Origin: a virus
Lineage: Duplodnaviria; Caudoviricetes
Length of the DNA: 34,391 bases
Virus record (IMG/VR): IMGVR_UViG_3300026270_000014
Span: 1-34,391 of that record
Direction: 5' to 3' (one strand)
The notes under the pieces were generated by a model, which saw nothing but the letters and a program-made list of their open reading frames with translations, had not been told where the DNA came from and ran no database searches. Below, piece by piece: positions 19,524-28,511 of the stretch (the stretch's first letter is position 1; the number at the start of each line of letters is the position of its first letter). A program made the translations under genes and the position numbers.

Positions 19524-22007
19524 TTAAAATAAATCATCCTTCCAGTTGCTCCATGGCGTTTTACCCAATATTGCATCTTTCTTGCCTAAGTTGTCCATCT
19601 TCTCATCCTGTTCCTTGGTAAGTCCCGATGATACTTCTTCTGTAATACCGTACATCCTATTCCAACCAGTCACCTCAGTTTCAGTCTTTTTACCATCTAT
19701 TTTTTTAGCATCTGCTTTAATGTTAGTTACTATCGTTCCTACTCCAGTACCTTGTTGTTGGTTCAACCTTACACAGTGCAGTGTTTGTAGAAATTGGCCG
19801 TTGTTAATCTTAGAATCCACTTTGACAACCTGATATATGCCAGTGAAGAAATGACTTCTTGATCCTTCGTCTGTGGTCGAATGTGTCAACAAGTTATAGG
19901 TACCTTTCACATCATTAATGTCCGGTGGCGTAATAAAATCTAATTGTATCAACGGTTGGAAATTCTCTGAATTAAAACTTCGGAATCTTTGACTTACTGC
20001 TGAATTACCTATACCGTTTGCTCTGTTCTTACTTCTGTTTTTATGAATTGGTATGTATTGGTCTTGGCAGATAAACGCTGGATCTCCCAAAATCTCCATC
20101 TCAATCCTTATCATGTCAGCCTGCGGATTGGTGATGTAATCATAGAACTGCTGGGTTTTGTCTCGTCCTGCTATCATCGTGTTACTGCCCTTTTGGATAC
20201 TAGCCTCCTGCCTTAAAGGCGCCACAGGCTCTCCTGCATCTTGTCCAAATATTTCTATTAAATTTTTTTCAAAATCTCTGTATTTCCCGTCTTCCTTGCT
20301 GTCCTTATCAAACGGTCTCACATTTCTCAAATAATATGCAGTCTTGTAATTGATTCTCAAATTTTGTATATCTACGTTCTCACCTGTGTAAATGTATTTG
20401 TATTTTTTCCTTACCCATTTGGACCAATCTACAAACCCCAATGTCACACCAGGTGGAAAAAATTTCAGTACGTGTATTTTTTTTGGCACTGCTTTGAACA
20501 CTATCCTTTTTGGACTTACTTTCCTTATGGAGTCGATTACATCAGGTTTTATGTGTTCAACAGAAACTTTTATTTCAAACCAATCAATCCATTGATTATT
20601 TTTTGCGAGATCTTTAAAGTCTTGACTCTTATAAAAATCTAATAAATCGTCTCCTTCTTTGAATGTAGTTGTTTCTGCTCCACCGTCAGTCACGAACTTG
20701 CCCGATTTGTTAGTGGCGTTTCCTCCTGTGGCTGTCATTCTCATATGCCAATGTTGCCAGAATCTGTCCACAATATCTGAGAAGCCTCCGCCTATCCTTA
20801 TGGCATCTTCAAAAAACTTCACTATACTTGTCTGTCCATTAATGTTTGCATCTGCCAATTTGATCTCTGGATTTTGAGCACCTCCTAACCATCTTTGTAT
20901 CCAATTCTTGTTTGATTCTGCTATTACCGTGCTGTAAATATTGTTGTACTTGCACAAAGCCTCTACCTCAGAAGAAAGCACAAATTCATATTCGTCAAAT
21001 AATTCTCTTTTCTTTTCTGTTTTTTCCTGCTCCATTATTTCGTTCAGTTGTTCTTTTACTTCCTTTACCCATTCACTTATGCTGTTCACAGTAAGGTTAA
21101 GTGATCCTCTCGGATATTTGAATCTATCGTCGTGTGCTAGGTCACCAAATGGCACAGCGATAACATTGTAAGTTGTTCCCGCTTCGTTGACATCAAATTC
21201 AACTCTAACGATCAATATAGGAATCTTCCTTATGAATGCCTTATCCGATGATGCACCCAACGGGCGACCATTCTCGTCTGTTCCTTTAAACTCTATAGTC
21301 AACAGCAAAGGTGCGTCTTGAAAATCTCTGTAACCGTTTATGAACGTGGCCGCTTTGACTTTTTCCACAAATGAAACACCAAACGGTTCGGACAGTTCAA
21401 AAGACATTTTGGTGAAGTTTGCCAATCCTCTCTCAGGATTTGGTCCAACTGTGCTTAACATATCCAAGTTCTCGAAAAACAAGTCATGCCCCTTCGATAG
21501 AACTTTGACCGATTCTTCCGGATTATAATTGTCATTGTATTTCATAGTACCTGAACGGTTCTTTTCTCTTATATCTGCTCTGAGTTTGTCGTTCTCTTCT
21601 TTGTATCGTCCACCGCTGATGTTGGGATCACCTATGCCGCCCGACCTAGCAATCACATCATGTATTGGATTTTCTAGGAAAGCGTGAGTAGTTAATTCTT
21701 CTTCGCTTATTCCACTCAATGTAAAAAGTGTGTTATAGGTAGCAAATTGATGTAACCCATTTGTTTTTAATAAATCAGGATGACCTGTGTCTTCTAAGGA
21801 AACATCAGACACCACAGTGCCTTCAAAGCCTGCCGCATTGTAGGCCTTATTTTTCATCCAAGCATCTAATTGCTCGTTGTATTTTTTCCGTATGTTTATT
21901 GCACTACCACCATAGAGGTATTCGCCGTCTTTTCCTTTTTTGAATGCGTTAAAAATTTCCTTAGACTTCCGTTTAACGCCAAATTTATCGTTATCGAACA
22001 AACCCAT
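19524..22007 (-). CDS. Putative baseplate hub protein, gp27/GPD-like (827 aa)
   Basis: C-terminal MEILGDP...FTGIYQVVKVDSKINNGQFLQTL motif typical of hub proteins; synteny between the gp53-like and gp5-like genes. Confidence 0.6.
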   Translation of the reverse strand: MGLFDNDKFGVKRKSKEIFNAFKKGKDGEYLYGGSAINIRKKYNEQLDAWMKNKAYNAAGFEGTVVSDVSLEDTGHPDLLKTNGLHQFATYNTLFTLSGISEEELTTHAFLENPIHDVIARSGGIGDPNISGGRYKEENDKLRADIREKNRSGTMKYNDNYNPEESVKVLSKGHDLFFENLDMLSTVGPNPERGLANFTKMSFELSEPFGVSFVEKVKAATFINGYRDFQDAPLLLTIEFKGTDENGRPLGASSDKAFIRKIPILIVRVEFDVNEAGTTYNVIAVPFGDLAHDDRFKYPRGSLNLTVNSISEWVKEVKEQLNEIMEQEKTEKKRELFDEYEFVLSSEVEALCKYNNIYSTVIAESNKNWIQRWLGGAQNPEIKLADANINGQTSIVKFFEDAIRIGGGFSDIVDRFWQHWHMRMTATGGNATNKSGKFVTDGGAETTTFKEGDDLLDFYKSQDFKDLAKNNQWIDWFEIKVSVEHIKPDVIDSIRKVSPKRIVFKAVPKKIHVLKFFPPGVTLGFVDWSKWVRKKYKYIYTGENVDIQNLRINYKTAYYLRNVRPFDKDSKEDGKYRDFEKNLIEIFGQDAGEPVAPLRQEASIQKGSNTMIAGRDKTQQFYDYITNPQADMIRIEMEILGDPAFICQDQYIPIHKNRSKNRANGIGNSAVSQRFRSFNSENFQPLIQLDFITPPDINDVKGTYNLLTHSTTDEGSRSHFFTGIYQVVKVDSKINNGQFLQTLHCVRLNQQQGTGVGTIVTNIKADAKKIDGKKTETEVTGWNRMYGITEEVSSGLTKEQDEKMDNLGKKDAILGKTPWSNWKDDLF

Positions 22008-22008
22008 T

Positions 22009-22308
22009 CTATACTCCTAAATCACTAGAAATATTTTCTGCTTTGGGTAATTGGATTGTTACTCCTGGTTTGAAGTCATATATTGGATCTTCGATTTCGT
22101 CTGGATTTCTCTGTGCAAACACCCACCAAAGTCTTGGTGTACCATAAAGGTCAAAAGCCAACAGGTCCGGTCTGTATGCATAAGTTCTTTCTATCGTGTA
22201 AGTCTTATCGTCCGCTTCGGCAGTTATTGATCTCGGCACATACATTTCTAAATTAATTTCATTCTGTGGAGTAGCATAGTAGGGTGATGTGTTTGAATAT
22301 TTTGCCAT
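22009..22308 (-). CDS. Baseplate wedge protein, gp53/LysM (tail X)-like (99 aa)
   Basis: YAYRPDLLAFDLYGTPRLWWVFAQRN...FKPGVTIQLP matches the gp53/LysM-like pattern. Confidence 0.8.
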   Translation of the reverse strand: MAKYSNTSPYYATPQNEINLEMYVPRSITAEADDKTYTIERTYAYRPDLLAFDLYGTPRLWWVFAQRNPDEIEDPIYDFKPGVTIQLPKAENISSDLGV

Positions 22309-23141
22309 TATACTAATCCTATTCCTCTTTCTGTGTCTAAAGAACCATCAGCAAATTTTCTCAGTGAAAATTGTCGTAACGTCTCTCTGCTGTAGATTGG
22401 AGTCACCATGCAAGAAATTGTAGATATCGTTGGTGCCCAAGATGAATCCTCAACTCTATTTTCGTCTATGATATAATTGTCAAATTTATCAACACCTATT
22501 GCCTCTGATGATCCGTTACTTTGGTTTGTTGATATGTAATCGATGCCTGGTCTTAGTTCAACACTAAATTGGCTTATCACGACAGGAACTTTATTGTACA
22601 CGTGATCTCCATAACCTGATAGATGTACTATTGGTGGAGGTGAACCTCTAAACTTGCTTTGACCAAAAGCCATTTTGGTCATGGTTCTTAAAAATTTTAC
22701 TGTGGCTATCCAATGTTTGGCATCATCGGAGTTTTGTACTGGAAACTCTCCCACTATACTGATAGTGTCAACTTGTGAATTTTGATATGCTTGGAAAGGA
22801 TAGTTGCTGTGCGTTTGTGCAAGTGGATTGTAGTTTGCAGAGTTCTGTACGATCACGGCAGGTGTTACTGGCCAAAACACACCTCTGGATTTTTCCAACG
22901 GTGCAAGTAATTCGTTGTTGTCTAACAAATACTTAAAATGTGACTCATTAGGAAGTTGTAATCTTACTCTCCAATCCTGTGCACCTGATCTTCCAGACCA
23001 TTTTGCTTTGGCTGACTGTATACGGCTATCGTCGTCAATACCAGCACCTTTAAGTCGTGCTATGGTCTTGTTTAGGATGCCAGTTCCTAGGTCCTTAAGT
23101 GTTTTACCTAAAGTAGGTTTTTGTGGTACGTTAAATGTCAT
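22308..23141 (-). CDS. Tail tube initiator / baseplate-tail junction protein, gp48/gp54-like (277 aa)
   Basis: WPVTPAV...ANYNP...HSNYP...GSPPPIVHLSGYG...VPVVISQFSVEL resembles tube-fold initiator proteins; first gene of the baseplate operon. Confidence 0.6.
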   Translation of the reverse strand: MTFNVPQKPTLGKTLKDLGTGILNKTIARLKGAGIDDDSRIQSAKAKWSGRSGAQDWRVRLQLPNESHFKYLLDNNELLAPLEKSRGVFWPVTPAVIVQNSANYNPLAQTHSNYPFQAYQNSQVDTISIVGEFPVQNSDDAKHWIATVKFLRTMTKMAFGQSKFRGSPPPIVHLSGYGDHVYNKVPVVISQFSVELRPGIDYISTNQSNGSSEAIGVDKFDNYIIDENRVEDSSWAPTISTISCMVTPIYSRETLRQFSLRKFADGSLDTERGIGLV

Positions 23142-23150
23142 ACTAAATGG

Positions 23151-23179
23151 TTGCTTTCCTTTTCATAATTTTGTATACT
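23151..23179 (+). promoter_or_regulatory. Host sigma70-type promoter for the gp55-gp47-gp46 operon
   Basis: TTGCTT (23151-56), 17 nt, TATACT (23174-79). Confidence 0.65.
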
Positions 23180-23187
23180 ATAAAGTA

Positions 23188-23195
23188 TATTTATA
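23188..23195 (-). promoter_or_regulatory. Late promoter TATAAATA for the baseplate operon
   Basis: Exact T4 late consensus, 46 nt upstream of the ATG at 23141. Confidence 0.75.
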
Positions 23196-23284
23196 GGCAC
23201 AATAATAGGCGCATTTAATTACCCTTAAGGCACGATTCAACAGACCTGTTTGTGGTCAATTTTACACTAATAATTTGGAGAAAC

Positions 23285-24265
23285 ATGAAAAGAGTAAAGT
23301 ACCTAAACAACCGTGATCTGTTGGCACAAATACACGCCAGCAAAAACACTTATTGTTCGTATGTGAGCGATGATGACTCGCAGTACGATCTTATAGTGCC
23401 TACACTAAAAAAATTAAATGCCAGTGCGGTAGCACAGGCTAGAAAAGCCAAAGCAAAAAGGCTCACACAAGAAGCATGGGAAGAAGCAAAAGCGGCAGGT
23501 CTCAAAAAAATTAAACTTTCAGATTACACAGTAAGTCCAAGAAAAATTGAAAAAACAGATTTAGTTTTTAGGGTGATGATGTTCGATCATATCCCAATGG
23601 ATGACGACAGAAAGAAGAATAAAAAAACAACTGCTGATCATCATGCAAAAATTAACTTTCCACCGTTCCAACATTATAGATTAGACAAAAAAGGCAAACC
23701 AGTATGTGTGGGAAAATCACATTGGGTTGGCGGTATGGAAAACGGCAACTTTAGTTGTGACCATGGCAAAATAACAAACAGTTTAGCACTGATGTTTATG
23801 AAATTGTGTGAAAGATACGGCACAAGATCAAACTGGAGAGGTTACACTTACAATGACGAGATGCAGTCACAAGCACTGATGCAACTGTCACAGATTGGTT
23901 TACAATTTGACGAGAGTAAATCAGAGAATCCATTTGCATATTATACAGCGGCAATAACAAATTCATTTACAAGAATACTAAACATTGAAAAGAAAAATCA
24001 AGCAATCAGAGACGACTTGTTAGAAGTAAACAATATGATGCCTTCGTTTACTAGGCAAAACGAGAATGATGCTAATTCTCCCGCATACAAAAAAAGAATG
24101 AAAACTGTACACGGAGAAGTGCGTCAAGTTAATAAAACTGGTATTGCAAAATTAAACAAAGTATTAAAGAAAAAAGGAAAAATCACAGAAGAAGATTTTG
24201 AAAGTGTAAACTCACGAAAAGTTGATATGACTAATCACAAACCAATTGTAAAAAAGAGATGGTAG
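23285..24265 (+). CDS. gp55: Late-transcription sigma factor, T4 gp55-like (326 aa from the ATG at 23285)
   Basis: YLNNRDLL N-terminus and NWRGYTYNDEM...FDESKSENPFAYYT...FTRILNIEKKNQ core. GGAG RBS just before ATG 23285, preferred over the track's GTG at 23252. Synteny with gp47/gp46. Confidence 0.85.
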   Translation: MKRVKYLNNRDLLAQIHASKNTYCSYVSDDDSQYDLIVPTLKKLNASAVAQARKAKAKRLTQEAWEEAKAAGLKKIKLSDYTVSPRKIEKTDLVFRVMMFDHIPMDDDRKKNKKTTADHHAKINFPPFQHYRLDKKGKPVCVGKSHWVGGMENGNFSCDHGKITNSLALMFMKLCERYGTRSNWRGYTYNDEMQSQALMQLSQIGLQFDESKSENPFAYYTAAITNSFTRILNIEKKNQAIRDDLLEVNNMMPSFTRQNENDANSPAYKKRMKTVHGEVRQVNKTGIAKLNKVLKKKGKITEEDFESVNSRKVDMTNHKPIVKKRW

Positions 24266-24269
24266 TATA

Positions 24270-25292
24270 ATGGCATTTTTTAAAAAAGTTGCTTGTTTCA
24301 CAGATATACATTTTGGCATGAAAGGTAATTCAAGAGTACACAACGATGATTGTGAGCAGTTTGTAAAATGGTTTATAGAAACAGCAAAAGCAGAAGGTTG
24401 TGAAACTTGCATATTCTTGGGAGATTGGCATCATCACAGATCCTCAACAAATGTTTCCACAATGAACTATACAGTTTCCAACATGGAACGACTGGGTGAG
24501 GCATTTGAAAAAGTTTATGTGATAATGGGCAATCACGATTTATTTTACAGAGAAAAAAGAGAAATTAATTCTATGGAATTTATAAGAAATATTCCTAACG
24601 TTCATATTGTAAATGAATGGCTTGTTGAGGATGACGTTGCAATTATTCCGTGGATTGTGGGGGATGAGTATAAAAAGATTCAAAAAATGAAACAACAGTA
24701 TGTGTTTGGACACTTCGAACTGCCATACTTCAAAATGAATGCAATGGTTGATATGCCTGATGTTGGCGGAATACAAACTGATCATTTTGCAGGTTGCGGA
24801 CAGGTTTTCTCAGGACACTTCCATAAAAGACAGCAAATGAAAAATGTAACTTACATGGGTAACGCATTTCCACACAATTACGCAGATGCTTGGGATGAAG
24901 ACCGAGGCATGATGATAATAGAATATGGCGGAAAACCTAAATATATCAATTGGCCGGAAATGCCGAGATACATCACCATAAAGATAAGTGAACTATTAGA
25001 GGATCCAGAAAAATATTTAAAACCTAAAATGTATGTAAGGGTAACACTAGATGTAAAAATATCATACGAAGAAGCAAATTTTGTAAGAGAAACATTTATC
25101 GACAAGTATGAATTGAGAGAATTACAACTAATACCTGAACAGATTGATCAAGCACAACAACCAACTGTAGAAGTACAAAAGTTTGATAGTGTTGATCAGA
25201 TTGTAATAAAACAACTACAAGGAGTAGATTCTGAAACGTATGACAAAAACATACTTACAGCAATCTATAATGATCTAGATGTCACAAGTTAG
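24270..25292 (+). CDS. gp47: Recombination endonuclease subunit, gp47 (Mre11/SbcD-like)
   Basis: Metallophosphoesterase motifs DIHFG, GDWHH, GNHD, GHFE, SGHFH. Confidence 0.92.
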   Translation: MAFFKKVACFTDIHFGMKGNSRVHNDDCEQFVKWFIETAKAEGCETCIFLGDWHHHRSSTNVSTMNYTVSNMERLGEAFEKVYVIMGNHDLFYREKREINSMEFIRNIPNVHIVNEWLVEDDVAIIPWIVGDEYKKIQKMKQQYVFGHFELPYFKMNAMVDMPDVGGIQTDHFAGCGQVFSGHFHKRQQMKNVTYMGNAFPHNYADAWDEDRGMMIIEYGGKPKYINWPEMPRYITIKISELLEDPEKYLKPKMYVRVTLDVKISYEEANFVRETFIDKYELRELQLIPEQIDQAQQPTVEVQKFDSVDQIVIKQLQGVDSETYDKNILTAIYNDLDVTS

Positions 25293-25452
25293 TAAGAAAA
25301 AATTTTGGGAAGCGTTAAAAAAGGAACCAGACAAAGAACATTCTATTTTTGAAATATTCAACAAACCTATCACACAGGAAGAATGGCTAAAAGGCTACAA
25401 GCAATGGAAAAAACAACAACAAAATGTTAACAATAAAAGAACTAACAGTTAA
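25279..25452 (+). CDS. Small hypothetical protein (57 aa) bridging gp47 and gp46
   Basis: Read by hand: MSQVSKKKFWEALKKEPDKEHSIFEIFNKPITQEEWLKGYKQWKKQQQNVNNKRTNS*. Fills the 131-nt gap and overlaps both neighbours; shorter than any ORF in the track. Confidence 0.5.
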   Translation: MSQVSKKKFWEALKKEPDKEHSIFEIFNKPITQEEWLKGYKQWKKQQQNVNNKRTNS

Positions 25453-27199
25453 AAATTTCATGAGCGTGGGAAACCAGGCTCAAGCAATAAACTTCGCTAA
25501 CAAAAGCCTCGTGCTTGTGATTGGTGAAAACATGGATTTAGGCGGTGATGATGCTGGTGCTAGAAATGGTACTGGTAAGACTACAATTATTAATGCATTA
25601 TCATATGTGTTCTTTGGCGAAGCATTGACAAACATAAGAAGAGATAACCTTGTAAACAAGACAAACGAAAAGGGTATGTTGGTTAGTGTTAAGTTTGTAA
25701 AAAACAATGTTGAGTACACAATAGAACGTGGGAGAAAGCCGCAAGTATTTAGATTTTATGCAAACAACATTGAACAAAACTTAGAATCAAACGAAGCACA
25801 AGGTGAAAACAGAGAAACACAACAAGAGATAAACAAACTTATGGGCATGACCCATGCCATGTTCAAAAATATAATTGCACTAAACACGTACACACAACCA
25901 TTCTTATCCACAAAAGCAAACGAACAAAGGGAAATAATAGAACAGTTGCTTGGTATTACTCTACTTTCCCAAAAAGCAGATATATTAAAAGAGAAACAGA
26001 GAACAACAAAACAATTATTAACCGAAGAAAAATTAAAAATAGATGCCAAAGTTGCATCAAATGAAAAAATTAAAGAATCAATAGAAAGTTTAAAAATAAG
26101 ATCAAGTGCTTGGCAAACACAAAAAGAAGAAGATTCAAAAAACTTCGCAGAAGCAATAGCAGAACTAGAGAAAGTAGACATTAAAAAAGAACTTGATGCA
26201 CACAAACGTTTGCAAAAACACAACGAAAACTACATTAAATTATTAAGTTTACAAAAAGAAAAAGCGTATCACGAGGATTCATACACAAAGGCAAAAAGTA
26301 CAGTGGACAAAACTGTCTCGGACTTGGAATACGCAGAACAACAAAAATGTCCAACTTGTGAACAAGAATTACATGATGACAAGCATACTCATCTTGTAGA
26401 CAAACTAAAAGCCACATTGACTGAATCTAAAGAGTACAGTTCAAAACTTGAAAGTGATCTTGCAAAAATACAACAGAATATAGATGCTATTGGCGACTTG
26501 GGTGTTACGCCAGACACGTATTATGATACAATGGACGAAGCATACAATCACAAAGGATCATTGAAGGACCTCAACAGACAACTAGAACAGAATGAAAAGA
26601 AACAAGATCCATATGCTGAACAAGTAGAAGAATTAACTAAAACAGCAATACAAAAAATTGATTTTGAAAAGGCAAACGAACTAGAAGACTTGCACAGACA
26701 CCAAGAGTTTTTATACAAATTATTAACAGCAAAAGATTCTTTTATTAGAACTAGAATTATAGAACAGAACTTAACATACTTGAATCAAAGATTGGCGTGG
26801 TTCTTGGGCAAAGTAAAACTGCCACACACAGTAACTTTCCAACCAGACTTGTCTGTGCGTATTGAAGAACTAGGTAGAGAACTGGACTTTGATAACTTAT
26901 CCAGAGGTGAAAGAAACAGATTGATATTAAGTTTGAGTTGGGCGTTCAGAGATGTATGGGAATCATTATATCAACAGATCAACTTGTTGTTTATCGATGA
27001 ACTTGTAGATGCTGGTATGGATATATCGGGTGTTGAAAGTTCTATGTCTGTGCTTAAAGACATGAGTAGAACACAGAAGAAAAATATATTTTTAATATCA
27101 CACAAAGACGAATTAGTAAGCAGAGTAAATTCAGTACTAAAAGTTGTAAAAGAAAATGGATTTACAAACTATGCTAATGACGTAGAATACAAAATATGA
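25424..27199 (+). CDS. gp46: Recombination ATPase subunit, gp46 (Rad50/SbcC-like)
   Basis: Walker A (NGTGKTT), coiled coils with CPTC zinc hook, signature LSRGE, Walker B LLFIDE, ISHK switch. Confidence 0.93.
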   Translation: MLTIKELTVKNFMSVGNQAQAINFANKSLVLVIGENMDLGGDDAGARNGTGKTTIINALSYVFFGEALTNIRRDNLVNKTNEKGMLVSVKFVKNNVEYTIERGRKPQVFRFYANNIEQNLESNEAQGENRETQQEINKLMGMTHAMFKNIIALNTYTQPFLSTKANEQREIIEQLLGITLLSQKADILKEKQRTTKQLLTEEKLKIDAKVASNEKIKESIESLKIRSSAWQTQKEEDSKNFAEAIAELEKVDIKKELDAHKRLQKHNENYIKLLSLQKEKAYHEDSYTKAKSTVDKTVSDLEYAEQQKCPTCEQELHDDKHTHLVDKLKATLTESKEYSSKLESDLAKIQQNIDAIGDLGVTPDTYYDTMDEAYNHKGSLKDLNRQLEQNEKKQDPYAEQVEELTKTAIQKIDFEKANELEDLHRHQEFLYKLLTAKDSFIRTRIIEQNLTYLNQRLAWFLGKVKLPHTVTFQPDLSVRIEELGRELDFDNLSRGERNRLILSLSWAFRDVWESLYQQINLLFIDELVDAGMDISGVESSMSVLKDMSRTQKKNIFLISHKDELVSRVNSVLKVVKENGFTNYANDVEYKI

Positions 27200-27675
27200 C
27201 GATACTAATCACTGGCGGAAATGGATTTCTAGCAAACAGTCTAAAAGCATACATAGACGGTGATTACTATGGCAAAGATATGCTGGATATAACCGATAGG
27301 AATTGCATACGTAACTTACAAACTTATGATGTATTGATACACACAGCAACAGGAAGTCGTACTATAAATGATAATTTGCCATTACTTTTCTCCAAAGCAA
27401 AAAAAATATTTGCGTTTACAAGCAAACAAGGGACATTCGTGAACTGGCAGAAATCCGGACCTATTGATTATGGTTTGGAAAAGTTAACATTAAATTTTTT
27501 GACATACAGGCACAACATGGAAAACCATAATGCCCAAATTTTTGAGCCTGGACATATGGAAACGCCAGAGCAATACAATGCAATCGCTAAAAAATTTAGT
27601 GATGTTTACTTGGACTGGTCTTTTGAAAAAAATATGATTTATGATCTATCCACAGATAGATACGTTGCTTATTGA
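27196..27675 (+). CDS. Minimal SDR / NAD-dependent epimerase-dehydratase-like protein (159 aa)
   Basis: ILITGGNGFLA Rossmann motif, LDIT, DVLIHTA, candidate catalytic S (FTSK) and YxxxK (YGLEK); ATGA overlap with gp46. Confidence 0.7.
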   Translation: MTILITGGNGFLANSLKAYIDGDYYGKDMLDITDRNCIRNLQTYDVLIHTATGSRTINDNLPLLFSKAKKIFAFTSKQGTFVNWQKSGPIDYGLEKLTLNFLTYRHNMENHNAQIFEPGHMETPEQYNAIAKKFSDVYLDWSFEKNMIYDLSTDRYVAY

Positions 27676-28214
27676 TATCTAACGTACAAACTAGTTCTTC
27701 CGTCTTCCTCAACTTCTTCCACACCATGATAACTGTATGCACCATTGTACAATGCATATCCATAATTGACCTTGAATGGAAAAGTATATAACAAATCTCC
27801 CTGTGGATTGTAAAGTGATGTTCCCTCATTGTTGTTGCTGAGATAAACTTGCAGATGTAATTTAATTCTTTTATCGTCAAGATGTGGTGGTAGTTTATAT
27901 CCTTTGCTATCTATCCAAACATCAACAGAATCAAATTTTAGATCTGTCCTAAATTTTTTTTCAAGTGCTTGAGTAATGCTAGAGTTCATAAAAAACACAG
28001 TTAGTTTTTTCATGACTTCATCATCTTTGGACAATTTCAAACGGTTCAAGTTGGTTTGATTTTCTAATTTTTCAAAATTTTCTTTCTTGCCAAAGTCAAA
28101 ATCAAAGGTATTACCAAAGAAGTTAGGATACTTTTGGTAAATTATTCCATGTTTGATTTCCAATTCTGCTTTTTCAATTGACAGAACCACTTCTTTTGTG
28201 CTTAAATGTAGCAT
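27669..28214 (-). CDS. 2OG-Fe(II) oxygenase (prolyl-hydroxylase-like, 181 aa)
   Basis: HxD (PHLDD), LQVYL, GTSLY, distal H (YHGV) and RxS (RTSLY). Confidence 0.8.
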   Translation of the reverse strand: MLHLSTKEVVLSIEKAELEIKHGIIYQKYPNFFGNTFDFDFGKKENFEKLENQTNLNRLKLSKDDEVMKKLTVFFMNSSITQALEKKFRTDLKFDSVDVWIDSKGYKLPPHLDDKRIKLHLQVYLSNNNEGTSLYNPQGDLLYTFPFKVNYGYALYNGAYSYHGVEEVEEDGRTSLYVRYQ

Positions 28215-28222
28215 ATGTTAAT

Positions 28223-28235
28223 TAATTATATCGTA
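28223..28235 (-). promoter_or_regulatory. Late-promoter variant TACGATATAATTA
   Basis: TATAATTA 8 nt upstream of the oxygenase ATG, with a TACG extension as at 17172 and 32133. Confidence 0.45.
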
Positions 28236-28261
28236 TACGAATAAGAAGGAGAAAAAAACAT

Positions 28262-28453
28262 ATGTCACAGACACACGAAAGTATCATGAGTGAGATCCAA
28301 GCATACTCTGAAGAGAACGGAAAGTTCACAGAGAAAGGTGTTAAGGCTTCTGCAACTAGAGCCAGAAAAGCACTTGCTAATCTTTCAAAATTGATCAAGT
28401 TAAGAAGAAAAGAAATTCAAGAGGCTAAAAACGCGGCGAAGACAGCGGCGTAA
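28262..28453 (+). CDS. Histone H1-like (Hc1-family) small basic protein (63 aa)
   Basis: KFTEKGVKASATRARKAL...K..RKEI resembles the Hc1 N-terminal pattern (KF.EKGNKAAG.RARK.S). Strong AGGAG RBS at 28247-28251 and its own terminator. Confidence 0.75.
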   Translation: MSQTHESIMSEIQAYSEENGKFTEKGVKASATRARKALANLSKLIKLRRKEIQEAKNAAKTAA

Positions 28454-28477
28454 TCAATAATTGAATTGCAATTCTAT

Positions 28478-28511
28478 AAACCCTCGGCTTTAACCAGTCG
28501 GGGGTTTTTTT
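28478..28511 (+). terminator. Rho-independent terminator after the Hc1-like gene
   Basis: Stem AAACCCTCGGCT/AGTCGGGGGTTT (12 bp including two G-U) with a T run at 28505-28511; lies between convergent genes. Confidence 0.85.

Noticed and set aside
2857-21943. Numerous 60-190 aa plus-strand ORFs opposite the structural genes
   Set aside because: Fully nested antisense to long, motif-bearing genes; no RBS or promoter support.
17188-23141. Bacterial T6SS/eCIS locus
   Set aside because: gp25/gp5/LysM-like genes are shared with such systems, but gp55-gp47-gp46, TATAAATA late promoters and a tape measure gene indicate a T4-like phage.
23252-23284. ORF-track GTG start for gp55
   Set aside because: The ATG at 23285 has a GGAG RBS and begins the conserved MKRVKYLNN segment.
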